A DNA stretch of 64,000 nucleotides from a virus. Each line of letters begins with the position of its first letter. Positions within the stretch are counted from its first letter, which is position 1. The notes below the pieces were generated by a model. It did not search any database. It was given only the letters and a program-made list of their open reading frames with translations, and was not told the origin of the DNA. The position numbers and the translations under genes were made by a program. The stretch lies in the IMG/VR virus record IMGVR_UViG_3300031952_000010, positions 1 through 64,000 of that record, one strand, 5' to 3'. Below are positions 21,284 through 31,617 of this stretch, one piece after another.

Positions 21284-22078
21284 TTACGCTAAATTTAAGT
21301 CACTACTTGTCATGACTGAAGCTACTTTATCTTGATTTAATAATGAAGTGTTTTTCCTATCAGCAATTGCTTGTCTAATTAATTCGTTATCTGATTTACC
21401 TTCCTTAACTTTATCATTTAAACTTTTAGCGAATTTTTGGAAAAACCCTGAACCATTCCAACTAGCGTATGAGAAGTGCATTAATAATCTATCATTAGAT
21501 TCAACACGTTTTTTAAGTTCAGTTGAAAAATAATTTCCTGAATTTCTATCATAACTATGTTTCATTATTTTGGCGGCCAAAGTTTTTAAAGTATTTTCTA
21601 ATTCACCACCTTTATAATTCCATTTCCATTTTTTACAAAATTGGTCCATACCCATGTCAGATTTTTGTTTGTCAATAATCCTAAAAAATTCTTTACCATC
21701 AGAGGTTTTTTCGATGTCACCGTTATATCTATCAAGTCCAAACATAGTTTCTGTTGACTTACCCATACCACTACTTGGGTGCCCGCACTTTGGATTCCAA
21801 TAACCACCTTCAAATTTATCAATAACTTTTTTAGTAACCTTTAACCATTTAGAATCCACAGAACCTGAGGTTTTATCGTTTAAGTATGAATCATCGCCTG
21901 ATGTAGTATCGTCAGTCTCAATTGAGTCGTCTGACGAAGGTGAAGATTTAAGTTTACCCTCAACACCCGCTAACGCGGCTTTAATCATTCTTGTTACAAA
22001 ATTATCCTCTTGTTCAGATAAGTTATATAAAGACCTGATTTCCTTTTTTTCGGATTCGTTAATAATTAATTTCTTCAT
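21284..22078 (-). CDS. leader-motif protein with lysozyme/GH108-like domain
   Basis: MKKLIINESEK; IDKFEGGY...ETMFGLDR. Confidence 0.55.
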   Translation of the reverse strand: MKKLIINESEKKEIRSLYNLSEQEDNFVTRMIKAALAGVEGKLKSSPSSDDSIETDDTTSGDDSYLNDKTSGSVDSKWLKVTKKVIDKFEGGYWNPKCGHPSSGMGKSTETMFGLDRYNGDIEKTSDGKEFFRIIDKQKSDMGMDQFCKKWKWNYKGGELENTLKTLAAKIMKHSYDRNSGNYFSTELKKRVESNDRLLMHFSYASWNGSGFFQKFAKSLNDKVKEGKSDNELIRQAIADRKNTSLLNQDKVASVMTSSDLNLA

Positions 22079-22151
22079 TTGATAAAAATATATCTATAAA
22101 TACTTTGTTATCAAGAATAAGTTATTATCACTTATTGAATATTTATAATCA

Positions 22152-22541
22152 ATGAAAGTAACTATAAAACATATTAATTCTGAGATACCTAAAGACGAGT
22201 ATATATTATTTGATGATTTTATGAAATTTCTACAGAAAGAATTTCCATTAAAGAATAATATAACAGTAATATTTTTAGGTGAACGAAAAGGTGATATGAC
22301 TACAGGTAGTAGAACTAAGGATAACGAATTGAAAATACTTTCTAAAGGTAGAATGAATCGTGATATCTTAAGAACTTTGGCTCATGAATGGATTCATGAA
22401 CACCAAAGAACTATTCTTAAGAGAGGTCAAGGACCTAATATTGGTGGTAGAAACGAAAACGAAGCTAATTCTGGCGCGGGTATCCTGATGAAAAAATTTG
22501 AAAAATCATTTCCTGATACTGAAGAACAAATCTATCAGTAA
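22152..22541 (+). CDS. zincin-like protein
   Basis: RTLAHEWIHEHQ...ENEAN. Confidence 0.65.
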   Translation: MKVTIKHINSEIPKDEYILFDDFMKFLQKEFPLKNNITVIFLGERKGDMTTGSRTKDNELKILSKGRMNRDILRTLAHEWIHEHQRTILKRGQGPNIGGRNENEANSGAGILMKKFEKSFPDTEEQIYQ

Positions 22542-23105
22542 TTAAATTTCAGATAAATAACTCCAATTTTTTTGATAATCTTTGTTGGTCGAACAAAATT
22601 CTGCATAACCATTAATAATTGGTCGACCAGTATTATAACAACCACAGACAATTGCCCAATTTGAATACTTGTTGTGTAATCTACGTAATAACTTCATACT
22701 AATTTCAATATTTAATTCCATGTCGTTACGTAATTTTCTTACAGGAACAGAACTTTTATTAATCAGTTTAGCGGTTGACGGCATAATCTGCATTGGACCT
22801 TCGGCACCTACAGTGGAAGTTTGACTTGGGTTATAGTTCCAATGAAACGGTCCTTGATATCGTGTCTCCAAAAATGCAATGTTATATGCAATATATTTTG
22901 GAATTTCATAAATAACCGAATACTTCTCAATCAATTCATACATTTTAAGGGAAGTGGGTGATGTTTTCACACCACTCGACTTGCCTAATTCAATACGAGA
23001 TTCTAAAATAGAATCAGTTGAGGAATTAAGACTTGATAATGATGATAGAATCACCAAACAAGAAATTGCCGCTATTGAAAATAGTAAGATTGCTCGTAAA
23101 TTCAT
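22542..23105 (-). CDS. lytic transglycosylase (SLT domain) with N-terminal anchor
   Basis: LET, GAEGPMQIMPSTA, NI, YNTG. Confidence 0.85.
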   Translation of the reverse strand: MNLRAILLFSIAAISCLVILSSLSSLNSSTDSILESRIELGKSSGVKTSPTSLKMYELIEKYSVIYEIPKYIAYNIAFLETRYQGPFHWNYNPSQTSTVGAEGPMQIMPSTAKLINKSSVPVRKLRNDMELNIEISMKLLRRLHNKYSNWAIVCGCYNTGRPIINGYAEFCSTNKDYQKNWSYLSEI

Positions 23106-23107
23106 AA

Positions 23108-23446
23108 TTATTGTGTTACCTTAGTTAATGATGTGTGTTGACCCCAAACATTTTTAGCGTACAATTTAAAAATTGTTGTTCCGATTGAGTCCTGATAAAC
23201 AGTGTAGTTACCCGTTTTATTGTCGATAACAATTAGGTTGTTACTTTCATCAATCGCCAAGTTAACGTCAGTTTTTAAAACTTTTGTTACTTGATAGGTT
23301 GGTTTTTCTTTTTTAGTTGTGGATTTATTGTAATAAATACCTACAAAAAAAGACGCCACTGCGGCACATACGATAATCACATAAATAACCGCATTTTTTA
23401 GAACTTTTTTTACTGACTCAACTAATACTTTGATTTTTTCTTTCAT
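23108..23446 (-). CDS. membrane protein
   Basis: one TM helix. Confidence 0.65.
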   Translation of the reverse strand: MKEKIKVLVESVKKVLKNAVIYVIIVCAAVASFFVGIYYNKSTTKKEKPTYQVTKVLKTDVNLAIDESNNLIVIDNKTGNYTVYQDSIGTTIFKLYAKNVWGQHTSLTKVTQ

Positions 23447-23531
23447 AATTTAAAATTTAAAGGTTTCTGTAAATGTTAGGTGTTTTTTAGTTATTAACAA
23501 ACTTATTAACAAAAAAATAGTTAGTACCTCC

Positions 23532-23957
23532 TTAAGAGATACCAACTACTTGTAAGTCAAAAATTAATTTTTTACCTGCCAAAGGGTGGTTAGCATCAAG
23601 AACGACCATGTCTTCCTTAACTTCGGTTACCTTTACATTAACAGGTCCCATAGGCCCCATACCTTGTAACATTTCGCCTTCTTTAACACCTTCAGGTACA
23701 TTTACTCTTGGAACTTCAGTAACCATTTCAGGGTTAACGTCTCCATAAGCATCTGCAGATTCAATCTCGATGGTTTTAGTCTCTCCTTCAGACATGTCGA
23801 TTAATCCAGCCTCAAAACCTTTAATTAGTTGTCCCTGTCCTAATACAGTTTCCAACGGTTCTCGACCTTCTACCAAGGAAGAATCAAATATTGTTCCATC
23901 CTCTAACTTTCCTGTGTAGTGAACTTTTACAGTATCACCATTTTGAATTTTTCTCAT
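23532..23957 (-). CDS. FKBP-type peptidyl-prolyl isomerase (SlyD/SlpA-like)
   Basis: VKVHYTGKLEDGTIFDSS, GFEAGL, DANHPLAGKKL. Confidence 0.92.
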   Translation of the reverse strand: MRKIQNGDTVKVHYTGKLEDGTIFDSSLVEGREPLETVLGQGQLIKGFEAGLIDMSEGETKTIEIESADAYGDVNPEMVTEVPRVNVPEGVKEGEMLQGMGPMGPVNVKVTEVKEDMVVLDANHPLAGKKLIFDLQVVGIS

Positions 23958-24075
23958 AGTTTATCTTATTTTTAATAAATGTAGGACTAACTAGTTGAAT
24001 AATCAAATATTTTTTTGATTTAAAAAAAGTTATAGGTTATACTTATCATTAATAACCCTCTAAAACCCCCTTATT

Positions 24076-24270
24076 ATGTTAAATGAAGAATTTATTGAAG
24101 AAATGTATTGGTCGGCATATAGTTCAAACGTAATTGAAGAATTTAGGTCTTCAGTATCGGAAGAGTCACTTAAAAACCCAAAAACAACAAGATATGATAT
24201 TGTTGAAAAAGTATTTTTTAAGTTTGTTAAGGAAGGTAAGATTGAGTTTATAACTTCAGACCTTATATAA
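24076..24270 (+). CDS. hypothetical protein
   Basis: ORF track. Confidence 0.55.
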   Translation: MLNEEFIEEMYWSAYSSNVIEEFRSSVSEESLKNPKTTRYDIVEKVFFKFVKEGKIEFITSDLI

Positions 24271-24532
24271 TATCAATCGAGGTTACTATTGCGATTTTCT
24301 GACTAATCCCCATAAATTTCCAAGATTCCTCAATTAATAAATTAATTCCTGTTGGATAAACATCTTCGGTTAATTCGATACTGTTAATATATAATTTACA
24401 ATCAACAACAAAAGTTCCGCTATTGGTTGAGTACTTTACGTAATTTACCACAACATAACTGCCCAAACCAAAAAGTAGTTCCAAATCAGATTTGAAAATC
24501 TTATTTAATAGAATTTCGAGACATTTTTTCAT
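24263..24532 (-). CDS. hypothetical protein
   Basis: ORF track. Confidence 0.6.
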   Translation of the reverse strand: MKKCLEILLNKIFKSDLELLFGLGSYVVVNYVKYSTNSGTFVVDCKLYINSIELTEDVYPTGINLLIEESWKFMGISQKIAIVTSIDII

Positions 24533-24616
24533 AACCTAATAATAGGTTATGCGGGTAATAAATCAATTTATGATTTGACATATAATTTCAAATCATATAT
24601 ACTTAAAGAAAAAAAT

Positions 24617-24862
24617 ATGTTTTTAAATGTTATACTAACAATCTTAGTTATCGTCTTAATTGTTATTTCGACGGGAGTTTACTTATGGTGGAAGAGATAC
24701 GGTTCCAACCTATTTAAAATGATGAACACCTTTAAACAAGGAGTTCCTAATATACCAAAAATGTCTGACATGCCAGATATGCCTGTCATGCCTAACCTAA
24801 AAAATTCGATTGAGGAGTTTAGAAAGGCAATGGATATGTTAAATAAAATGAATAAAAAGTAA
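24617..24862 (+). CDS. membrane protein
   Basis: N-terminal TM helix. Confidence 0.6.
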   Translation: MFLNVILTILVIVLIVISTGVYLWWKRYGSNLFKMMNTFKQGVPNIPKMSDMPDMPVMPNLKNSIEEFRKAMDMLNKMNKK

Positions 24863-24903
24863 TTATTAAATTATTTATTATATCTTTACCAAAAAAAAAT
24901 AAT

Positions 24904-25125
24904 ATGGAAGCTTTAAAAATTGAAGGAGAGTACGGTTGGGTTATTAAAGTCCTTGAGTCTTGTGAGACAGTAGACCAAATACGTGTTAGTCAGACTGTAT
25001 TTGAAACTTTTATTAAGAAATGGGATAAAACTCTTTCTTTAGAAAGAAAACTGCGTCTACAGAACAATTTTGATAAGTTGAGGTGGGTCCAAAGTAGAAA
25101 AATTAAAAAAAACTTGATTAAATAG
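24904..25125 (+). CDS. hypothetical protein
   Basis: ORF track. Confidence 0.6.
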   Translation: MEALKIEGEYGWVIKVLESCETVDQIRVSQTVFETFIKKWDKTLSLERKLRLQNNFDKLRWVQSRKIKKNLIK

Positions 25126-25291
25126 GGTTGTACGATTGATTTTTTTTAAAATAATGTGTATTTATTAAACACTATCACTCTCATCACGAGAGCCTCTATA
25201 TATACAAAAGAAGGGTCCCAATGGGACCCTTTTTTATTTCAAATAAGTAATATTTATAAATGACTAATAAACAAATTAATATTTAAATGAA

Positions 25292-25420
25292 ATGGCTAAA
25301 GCGAAAGTATCTACAGGTTCAATTAAACAAACTTTTGGTAAAAAAAAGAGTGGTAAACACAAAAGTAAATTTGGACCTAAAGAGGAAAAACCAAAGTCTT
25401 ACAAAGGACAAGGTCGTTAA
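25292..25420 (+). CDS. small basic protein ending YKGQGR (42 aa)
   Basis: read manually; TATTTATA upstream. Confidence 0.7.
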   Translation: MAKAKVSTGSIKQTFGKKKSGKHKSKFGPKEEKPKSYKGQGR

Positions 25421-25467
25421 TTGTAGGAACAAAACAAAAAATGTAAATATTTATATATAAAAACACT

Positions 25468-25731
25468 ATGAAAAAAATTATTGATTGGATTTCGGGGTTA
25501 TTTAAAGATGAATCAGGTTCACCATCATCAAAGAGATTTGTTGGTATTATAGCTGGATTATCTTTATGTATTACATTATATGTAAATAGCTACTCTCATG
25601 GAGATATTAAACCATCTGACACGTTAGTTAATGCGGTTGCGTTATTAGCATTTGGTTGTCTTGGTTTATCATCTGTAGATAAATTTACTGCACTTAAGAA
25701 GGACATTAAAGAAGCGAATAAAGAAGAGTAA
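25468..25731 (+). CDS. two-TM holin-like membrane protein
   Basis: SGSPSSKR followed by two hydrophobic helices and a charged tail. Confidence 0.55.
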   Translation: MKKIIDWISGLFKDESGSPSSKRFVGIIAGLSLCITLYVNSYSHGDIKPSDTLVNAVALLAFGCLGLSSVDKFTALKKDIKEANKEE

Positions 25732-25772
25732 ATTTGTTTTTAATTTAAAAACCCCCTTTACAGGGGGTTTTT

Positions 25773-26357
25773 TTATTTTAGGTAGGTTAAGATTTTTTCT
25801 TTCATACCTGATTGTTTAATACCTTCATTCCCTTTAGGGGTTAATACGAAGTTTTCTAATCCCCAATCATGAACCCACTTAACTGAGTATGACATTCCTG
25901 TCTTACCCATATCAAGGTCATCAATTGCAACCCATTCAGTTACCTCAGGATGGTCCTGTAGGTATTGTTTAATCTCCAGTGAACGAGTTTGTTCTAAATC
26001 CCACTGACGTACCCAAGGGAAGTCTTCACCGTAGTTATTACACTCACTTAGATTTGGGGTAAATGAAATTGGTTTTTTAACAATTCCCTGAGACTCGTAA
26101 TACTCACCCATTTCCTCAACGTTACACCATCGTTTCCAATCTGAGGAAACTACAACTTCAGCTCCTGTTTCTTCTAAGATTTCATTAAGAACTTTGATTG
26201 CTTTCTTATTGAAATTGTCAAAGCGACAGTCCATAGGGATTTCATTCGTACCCATAGACAGTTTACGTCCTCCCCATTTTTTTTGTTTCGTATAACGACC
26301 ACCCCACTCTGTGGATAAACAGATTACTCCGTCATGGTCTAAAAATATTACTTTCAT
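25773..26357 (-). CDS. HAD domain protein (Swiss Army Knife RNA-repair-like)
   Basis: IFLDHDGV, VVSSDW, WVAIDD. Confidence 0.8.
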   Translation of the reverse strand: MKVIFLDHDGVICLSTEWGGRYTKQKKWGGRKLSMGTNEIPMDCRFDNFNKKAIKVLNEILEETGAEVVVSSDWKRWCNVEEMGEYYESQGIVKKPISFTPNLSECNNYGEDFPWVRQWDLEQTRSLEIKQYLQDHPEVTEWVAIDDLDMGKTGMSYSVKWVHDWGLENFVLTPKGNEGIKQSGMKEKILTYLK

Positions 26358-26869
26358 ATTATTCAATTTCTTTCATTATCATGGAATACCATCTATCTTT
26401 GGGTTTATTTTTTTTAAGTACTTCGTTTACAAATACCTCAGCCTTTTCAAGGTTTTTAAATGTTAAGATTGTTTTATAACACCCACTTTCATAACATTCT
26501 TTGTATTTGATGTACGACCACCACTTAAACCATAGGAATTTCCTAAAACGTTTAATGGTAAAATATACTTTTGTTGATTCACCTCTCTCATTAAAATAAT
26601 CTTCACGATTTATACGATATGCCATAATTAGATTACTGAGTTTAATTTTAACCAATATAGAATTGGTAATAAAACACCTAGTAAACCAATAAGTCTAACA
26701 ACAAACGTTAAGATTATAATTGTTTTAGTAACTTTAATAATTAAAAAAAATGATGAACCGATAAAACATACGATACTCATCAGTAAGATTAATTTTTCCA
26801 TACCACAAAGATAACAAAAAAATCCCGACTTTCAATCGGGATTTCAATTTTTTAAATAAATTTGGTTAT

Positions 26870-28738
26870 TTAGGAACCAACTTCCTCGAATTCAACATCA
26901 GATGCGTCCATCCCACCGTCATTACTTTCTTGATTTACACTTTCATATAAATCTTGACTAATCTTTTGGAACTTCTGTGTTAACTCTTCCATGATTCGTT
27001 TAACTGAATCAATTTCTTTTTTACCGTGAGCTTCTTTTAATTCAGTAATACTTGCGGTAATTTCAGTTTTATCTTCCTCAGATATTTTATCACCTAAATC
27101 TTCTAATGATTTATTCATTTGGAAAATCATGTTGTCAGCTGAATTTAAAGTATCAACATCTTCTTTAATTTTCTTATCAGATTCGGCATTTTGTTCTGCC
27201 TCAAATTTCATCTTCTCTATTTCTTCCTTAGATAGACCTGAAGATGACTCAATTCTGATAGATTGTTTTTTACTTGTAGCTTTATCAACCGCAGATACGT
27301 TAATAATACCATTAGCGTCAATATCAAAGATAACCTCAATTTGAGGAATACCTCTCATTGCTGGTGGTAAACCATCTAAATGGAATCTACCAATAGTTCT
27401 ATTGTCTTTCGCCATTGCGCGTTCACCTTGTAATACATGAATCTCCACAGTTGGTTGGTTGTCTACCGCCGTTGAGAATACCTGTGATTTTTTGGTTGGG
27501 ATGGTTGTATTAGACTCAATTAATTTTGTTAAAATTCCACCCATGGTTTCAATACCTAATGACAATGGTGTTACATCTAATAGTAATACATCCTTAACAT
27601 CTCCCGCCAATACACCACCTTGAATTGCCGCTCCTAAAGCAACAACCTCATCAGGATTAACACCTTTTGATGGTTCTTTACCAAAGAATTCTTTAACCGC
27701 GTTTTGGATTGCTGGAATACGAGTAGTACCACCAACTAAAATAATTTCATCAATTTCACCGATAGTAATATTCGCATTTGACATTGCGGTTATACAAGGT
27801 TTAATTGTTCGTTTAATTAATGAATCTGCCAATTGTTCAAATTTGGCACGAGATAAAGAAGTTACTAAGTGTTTAGGTCCTGTTGAGTCGGCACTTAAAT
27901 ACGGTAAGTTAATTTCTGTTTGAAGTGATGATGATAACTCAACTTTCGCCTTTTCTGCCGCCTCACGTAAACGTTGTAACGCCATTGAGTCTTTAGTAAC
28001 ATCAAGACCGCCTGTTGATTTTTTAAATTCATCAACCATGAAATCAACAATCACTTGGTCAAAGTCATCCCCACCTAAGTGAGTGTCTCCGTCAGTTGAT
28101 AAAACCTCAAATACACCATCCCCTAAGTCAAGAACAGATACATCGTGAGTTCCACCACCACAGTCAAATACAACAATTTTCATATCTTTAGACATTTTGT
28201 CTAAACCATAAGCTAATGCCGCTGCGGTAGGTTCGTTAATAATACGTTTAACAGTTAGACCTGCAATTTCTCCAGCTTCTTTGGTTGCTTGACGTTGTGC
28301 GTCATTAAAATATGCTGGTACAGTAATAACCGCTTCTGTAACACTCTCCCCTAAATAATCTTCAGCGGTTTGTTTCATTTTTTGTAAAACAACTGCGGAA
28401 ATTTCTTGTGGTGAGTAATGTCTATCATCAATACTTACTCTTGGAACGTTCCCATCTCCTTTTACAACTGAGTATGGAACTTTAGACGTTTCGTTTTTAA
28501 CCTCATCATAACTTGCACCCATGAAACGTTTAATTGATGAAATTGTTTTGGTTGGGTTTGTAACCGCTTGTCTTTTTGCTGGGTCACCAATTTTTCTTTC
28601 CCCACCATTAATAAATGCCACGATTGAGGGTGTGGTTCTTTTCCCTTCACTGTTCGTAATGACAACAGGTTCACTTCCTTCCATGACTGCCACACATGAA
28701 TTTGTTGTACCTAAGTCGATACCAATAATTTTTCCCAT
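26870..28738 (-). CDS. dnaK: chaperone DnaK (Hsp70)
   Basis: [35 protein letters not shown]. Confidence 0.97.
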   Translation of the reverse strand: MGKIIGIDLGTTNSCVAVMEGSEPVVITNSEGKRTTPSIVAFINGGERKIGDPAKRQAVTNPTKTISSIKRFMGASYDEVKNETSKVPYSVVKGDGNVPRVSIDDRHYSPQEISAVVLQKMKQTAEDYLGESVTEAVITVPAYFNDAQRQATKEAGEIAGLTVKRIINEPTAAALAYGLDKMSKDMKIVVFDCGGGTHDVSVLDLGDGVFEVLSTDGDTHLGGDDFDQVIVDFMVDEFKKSTGGLDVTKDSMALQRLREAAEKAKVELSSSLQTEINLPYLSADSTGPKHLVTSLSRAKFEQLADSLIKRTIKPCITAMSNANITIGEIDEIILVGGTTRIPAIQNAVKEFFGKEPSKGVNPDEVVALGAAIQGGVLAGDVKDVLLLDVTPLSLGIETMGGILTKLIESNTTIPTKKSQVFSTAVDNQPTVEIHVLQGERAMAKDNRTIGRFHLDGLPPAMRGIPQIEVIFDIDANGIINVSAVDKATSKKQSIRIESSSGLSKEEIEKMKFEAEQNAESDKKIKEDVDTLNSADNMIFQMNKSLEDLGDKISEEDKTEITASITELKEAHGKKEIDSVKRIMEELTQKFQKISQDLYESVNQESNDGGMDASDVEFEEVGS

Positions 28739-28854
28739 AGTTAAATAATATTTTGTGTAATTATATAGAATAAAATTTATGGAGTCAAGCTCCAAAGTAG
28801 AATACTATATAATTGTACCAAAACAAAAAAACTGACAAATTGTCAGTTTTATAA

Positions 28855-29892
28855 CTATTCAGGTGACAAAGTATACAGTCTGGAATAATTTCTTTGTAAT
28901 TTTCTACCCGCCAACCTAATTCTTGGTTGGAATCTGACCATTAGGTCGAGTAAATGTTTTGAATTTGCGATGTATTTTTGTGGTTCATTACCAAAAGATT
29001 TAACACCTGCGTAATAGTCTCGTAAAAACCACTTATATAAACGATTCATTATTGGTACCAAATATTCGGGGTTGTGTTGTTTAATTCTTTCCATTAAAGT
29101 ATCAAATAATTTGTTGGCATCAAAATTTTCCATCATTTTAGCCGATTTCCAATACTTAGTTTCTTTAAATTCGTCAAATGTCATTCTTAAACGTTTACTG
29201 TAGGCTTCTTGAGACATGGCTCTTATCTCATATGGTTCAGAATAATACACAAAATATAAAAAAGTACTCCAAACTTTAAATATTTCTTTAGGTACATTAT
29301 AATTTGTACTACCAGCATAACTTAATGTTGTATCAACTAACCCCGCCTTGTTTAAATTTCTATTATAAAATTCATAAACATGATTAAACTCGTGCATAAT
29401 AGTGTCTCTTAAATCTAAAGACAATTCATTTTTCATATCATATTCAAAGTCCTGATTAATATATCCACTGAAGTCAAATTTAGCAACAATAGTCTTATTT
29501 ACATCGTCTAATAAATATTTTGGTAAACTATCGCTTGGTTTTTTAAGATATGACCCATCATCTTTTTTAAATAAAATTTGTTCTGCGGCACCACCCGAAG
29601 AATATTTAAATTCAAATCTATCTCGTCTAAGTTTATCCATGGTAAAATTAATCCTTATCTCCTCAACAGGAAACTCTAAGAAATCATCAACACTATCTCT
29701 ATAGATGTATTTAATGTCCTTGAATTGTATAACAATATCTTCAGATATTTTTTTATCGTTACCTTTTAAAAATTTATCAACTTTTGGTAATAACACAGAA
29801 TAAACCAAATTAACAAATGGTATTGTTGCTCTTGCAACTCCAAGGTCTTCTGATAATAACGACATTTGATTTTCTGTTAGTATAATTTCCAT
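28855..29892 (-). CDS. leader-motif protein with zincin motif
   Basis: MEIILTENQ; HEFNH...EIRA. Confidence 0.65.
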   Translation of the reverse strand: MEIILTENQMSLLSEDLGVARATIPFVNLVYSVLLPKVDKFLKGNDKKISEDIVIQFKDIKYIYRDSVDDFLEFPVEEIRINFTMDKLRRDRFEFKYSSGGAAEQILFKKDDGSYLKKPSDSLPKYLLDDVNKTIVAKFDFSGYINQDFEYDMKNELSLDLRDTIMHEFNHVYEFYNRNLNKAGLVDTTLSYAGSTNYNVPKEIFKVWSTFLYFVYYSEPYEIRAMSQEAYSKRLRMTFDEFKETKYWKSAKMMENFDANKLFDTLMERIKQHNPEYLVPIMNRLYKWFLRDYYAGVKSFGNEPQKYIANSKHLLDLMVRFQPRIRLAGRKLQRNYSRLYTLSPE

Positions 29893-29959
29893 AAACATAA
29901 ATACGCAAAAAAATAGTAATTATTTGACTTTTACTATTTTAAGAATATATTTATTTCCA

Positions 29960-30040
29960 ATGATACGAAACAGAAAAAAACGAAACTATGAAAACATTAT
30001 AATAAACGGTATTACCGTTAACAATCCCATCATTAATTGA
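29960..30040 (+). CDS. Asn-rich leader peptide (26 aa, 7 Asn)
   Basis: MIRNRKKRNYENIIINGITVNNPIIN; overlaps a terminator upstream of the AsnRS-like gene. Confidence 0.65.
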   Translation: MIRNRKKRNYENIIINGITVNNPIIN

Positions 30041-30053
30041 TGGGATTTTTTTT
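30023..30053 (+). terminator. attenuator terminator
   Basis: AATCCCATCA-ttaat-TGATGGGATT + T-run. Confidence 0.8.
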
Positions 30054-30094
30054 GCCCATACGTTAACAATAAATAAACATAAATAAAACAAAAA

Positions 30095-30922
30095 ATGAAG
30101 AACACAAAAAGTTACAATGAATTAGTACAAAAGATGAGAGGATTTTTCCTTGATAAAGGTTTTATAGAGGTACCAACCCAATCTAGATTATCAATATTAG
30201 CGGCATGTGAGAACCCACATTCAATCGCTACTTTCAACTATAATGGGGAGATTTGGCCTTTACCACAGACAGGTCAGATGTGGTTGGAGTATGAGTTACT
30301 TAAGAACCCTGAATGGGAAGGAGTATTCTGTATTTCAACATCTTATAGACAAGAAAAGAACCCAATCCATGGTAGACATGAATTAATATTCCCAATGTTT
30401 GAATTTGAATCTAAAGGTACGATGAAAGATATGGTGGAACTTGAATCAGAACTTTTGAATCACTTGGGATTTAACAAACCTGTTGAGGTAAAATATGATG
30501 ATGTTTGTGAGGAATATGGAAATGTTTCAATTTTAGAGGACGAGCATGAATCGAGAATGTGGGAAGAAAAAGGTTCGGTGATATCACTTCAAAATTTTCC
30601 ATTAAGAACAAACCCATTTTGGAACATGAAACATAATGAAAATAGTGTCTTTAATAAAGTGGATGTAATTCTTTACGGGCAAGAAACAATTGGAAGTGCG
30701 GAAAGAAGTTGTGACCCTGAAGAGATGAAACATAATTTCTACACGATTGAAGGTGGCGGTTATTCCGCCAAGTTGTTTGAACTATTTGGTAAAGATAGAG
30801 TTGAGAAAGAACTTGAAGAATTCTTATCTTTGGATTTCTTCCCAAGATTTGGTGCGGGTATTGGTTTAACAAGATTGTCAAGGGCTTGGAATTTAAATCA
30901 AGTTGAATTGGAATTTATTTAA
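30095..30922 (+). CDS. class II aaRS catalytic-core protein (Asp/Asn type, no anticodon domain); likely AsnRS-derived asparagine synthetase
   Basis: GFIEVPT motif 1, YRQE...RH..F.MFEFE motif 2, GAGIGLTRL motif 3; 275 aa. Confidence 0.75.
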   Translation: MKNTKSYNELVQKMRGFFLDKGFIEVPTQSRLSILAACENPHSIATFNYNGEIWPLPQTGQMWLEYELLKNPEWEGVFCISTSYRQEKNPIHGRHELIFPMFEFESKGTMKDMVELESELLNHLGFNKPVEVKYDDVCEEYGNVSILEDEHESRMWEEKGSVISLQNFPLRTNPFWNMKHNENSVFNKVDVILYGQETIGSAERSCDPEEMKHNFYTIEGGGYSAKLFELFGKDRVEKELEEFLSLDFFPRFGAGIGLTRLSRAWNLNQVELEFI

Positions 30923-30942
30923 TTTTTTTGTACCTTTGTATT

Positions 30943-31137
30943 ATGAATAAGAAACCAATCAGTAAAAACGACATTGAACCTAAAAAGTGGGAACGTATCT
31001 ACGAAGATGAAGATACGATTAGTATTTGGAAATACAATTCAAAAATAAGTATGATTAACCCTTATGAGGTTGAGATAAAATATAAAAAACAGCCAGTTAC
31101 TGGTGGTGTTAAGAGAACAAAATTAAGTGGGTCGTAA
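30943..31137 (+). CDS. hypothetical protein
   Basis: ATG 4 nt after TACCTTTG. Confidence 0.6.
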   Translation: MNKKPISKNDIEPKKWERIYEDEDTISIWKYNSKISMINPYEVEIKYKKQPVTGGVKRTKLSGS

Positions 31138-31166
31138 AATTACCCACTTTTTTTATATTTATTAAT

Positions 31167-31592
31167 ATGAGATTACTTAACATTCTTAAAGAAAGTATTA
31201 ATAAAAAACTAATGTTAAACTCCTTAAAGGACATGGGGTTTAATAATGAAGACTCTCAATTTGAGTTGCAAAGTTTAGTTAGTTATGTTGAGAATTTACC
31301 TAATCCTGTAAAATTATATAGAATAGTCGTAATTGACGATAAGAACGATATTAACACGACTTACCCTGGTTCCCATTACTCAACAAGCCAAAAAGATTTA
31401 GAATACTCACATTCTTATTTAACAGGATATGGTGACAAATATTTTTTAATGGTAGTAAGTGCCGATAAGAAATTAATTGATGTTAATAGTACGATTCATA
31501 ACAATATTCTTTATCCTAATGAGAATGAAGTAACTTTAAAAAATAGAGGTAAAGGTGTTGAGATATTAAGTATTAAAAAAATAAAATTTTAA
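31167..31592 (+). CDS. leader-motif protein, possible ADP-ribosyltransferase fold
   Basis: LYR...HYSTS...ENEV (R-S-E pattern). Confidence 0.45.
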   Translation: MRLLNILKESINKKLMLNSLKDMGFNNEDSQFELQSLVSYVENLPNPVKLYRIVVIDDKNDINTTYPGSHYSTSQKDLEYSHSYLTGYGDKYFLMVVSADKKLIDVNSTIHNNILYPNENEVTLKNRGKGVEILSIKKIKF

Positions 31593-31617
31593 AATAAACT
31601 AAATTAAATTAAAAAAA

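Noticed and set aside
28826-28850. AAAACTGACAAATTGTCAGTTTT palindrome as a dnaK heat-shock operator
   Set aside because: Equally explained as the intrinsic terminator of the upstream minus-strand gene; it is not a CIRCE sequence, so it is left unassigned.
30095-30922. Functional Asn/Asp-tRNA synthetase
   Set aside because: It lacks the N-terminal OB-fold anticodon-binding domain; only the catalytic core is present.
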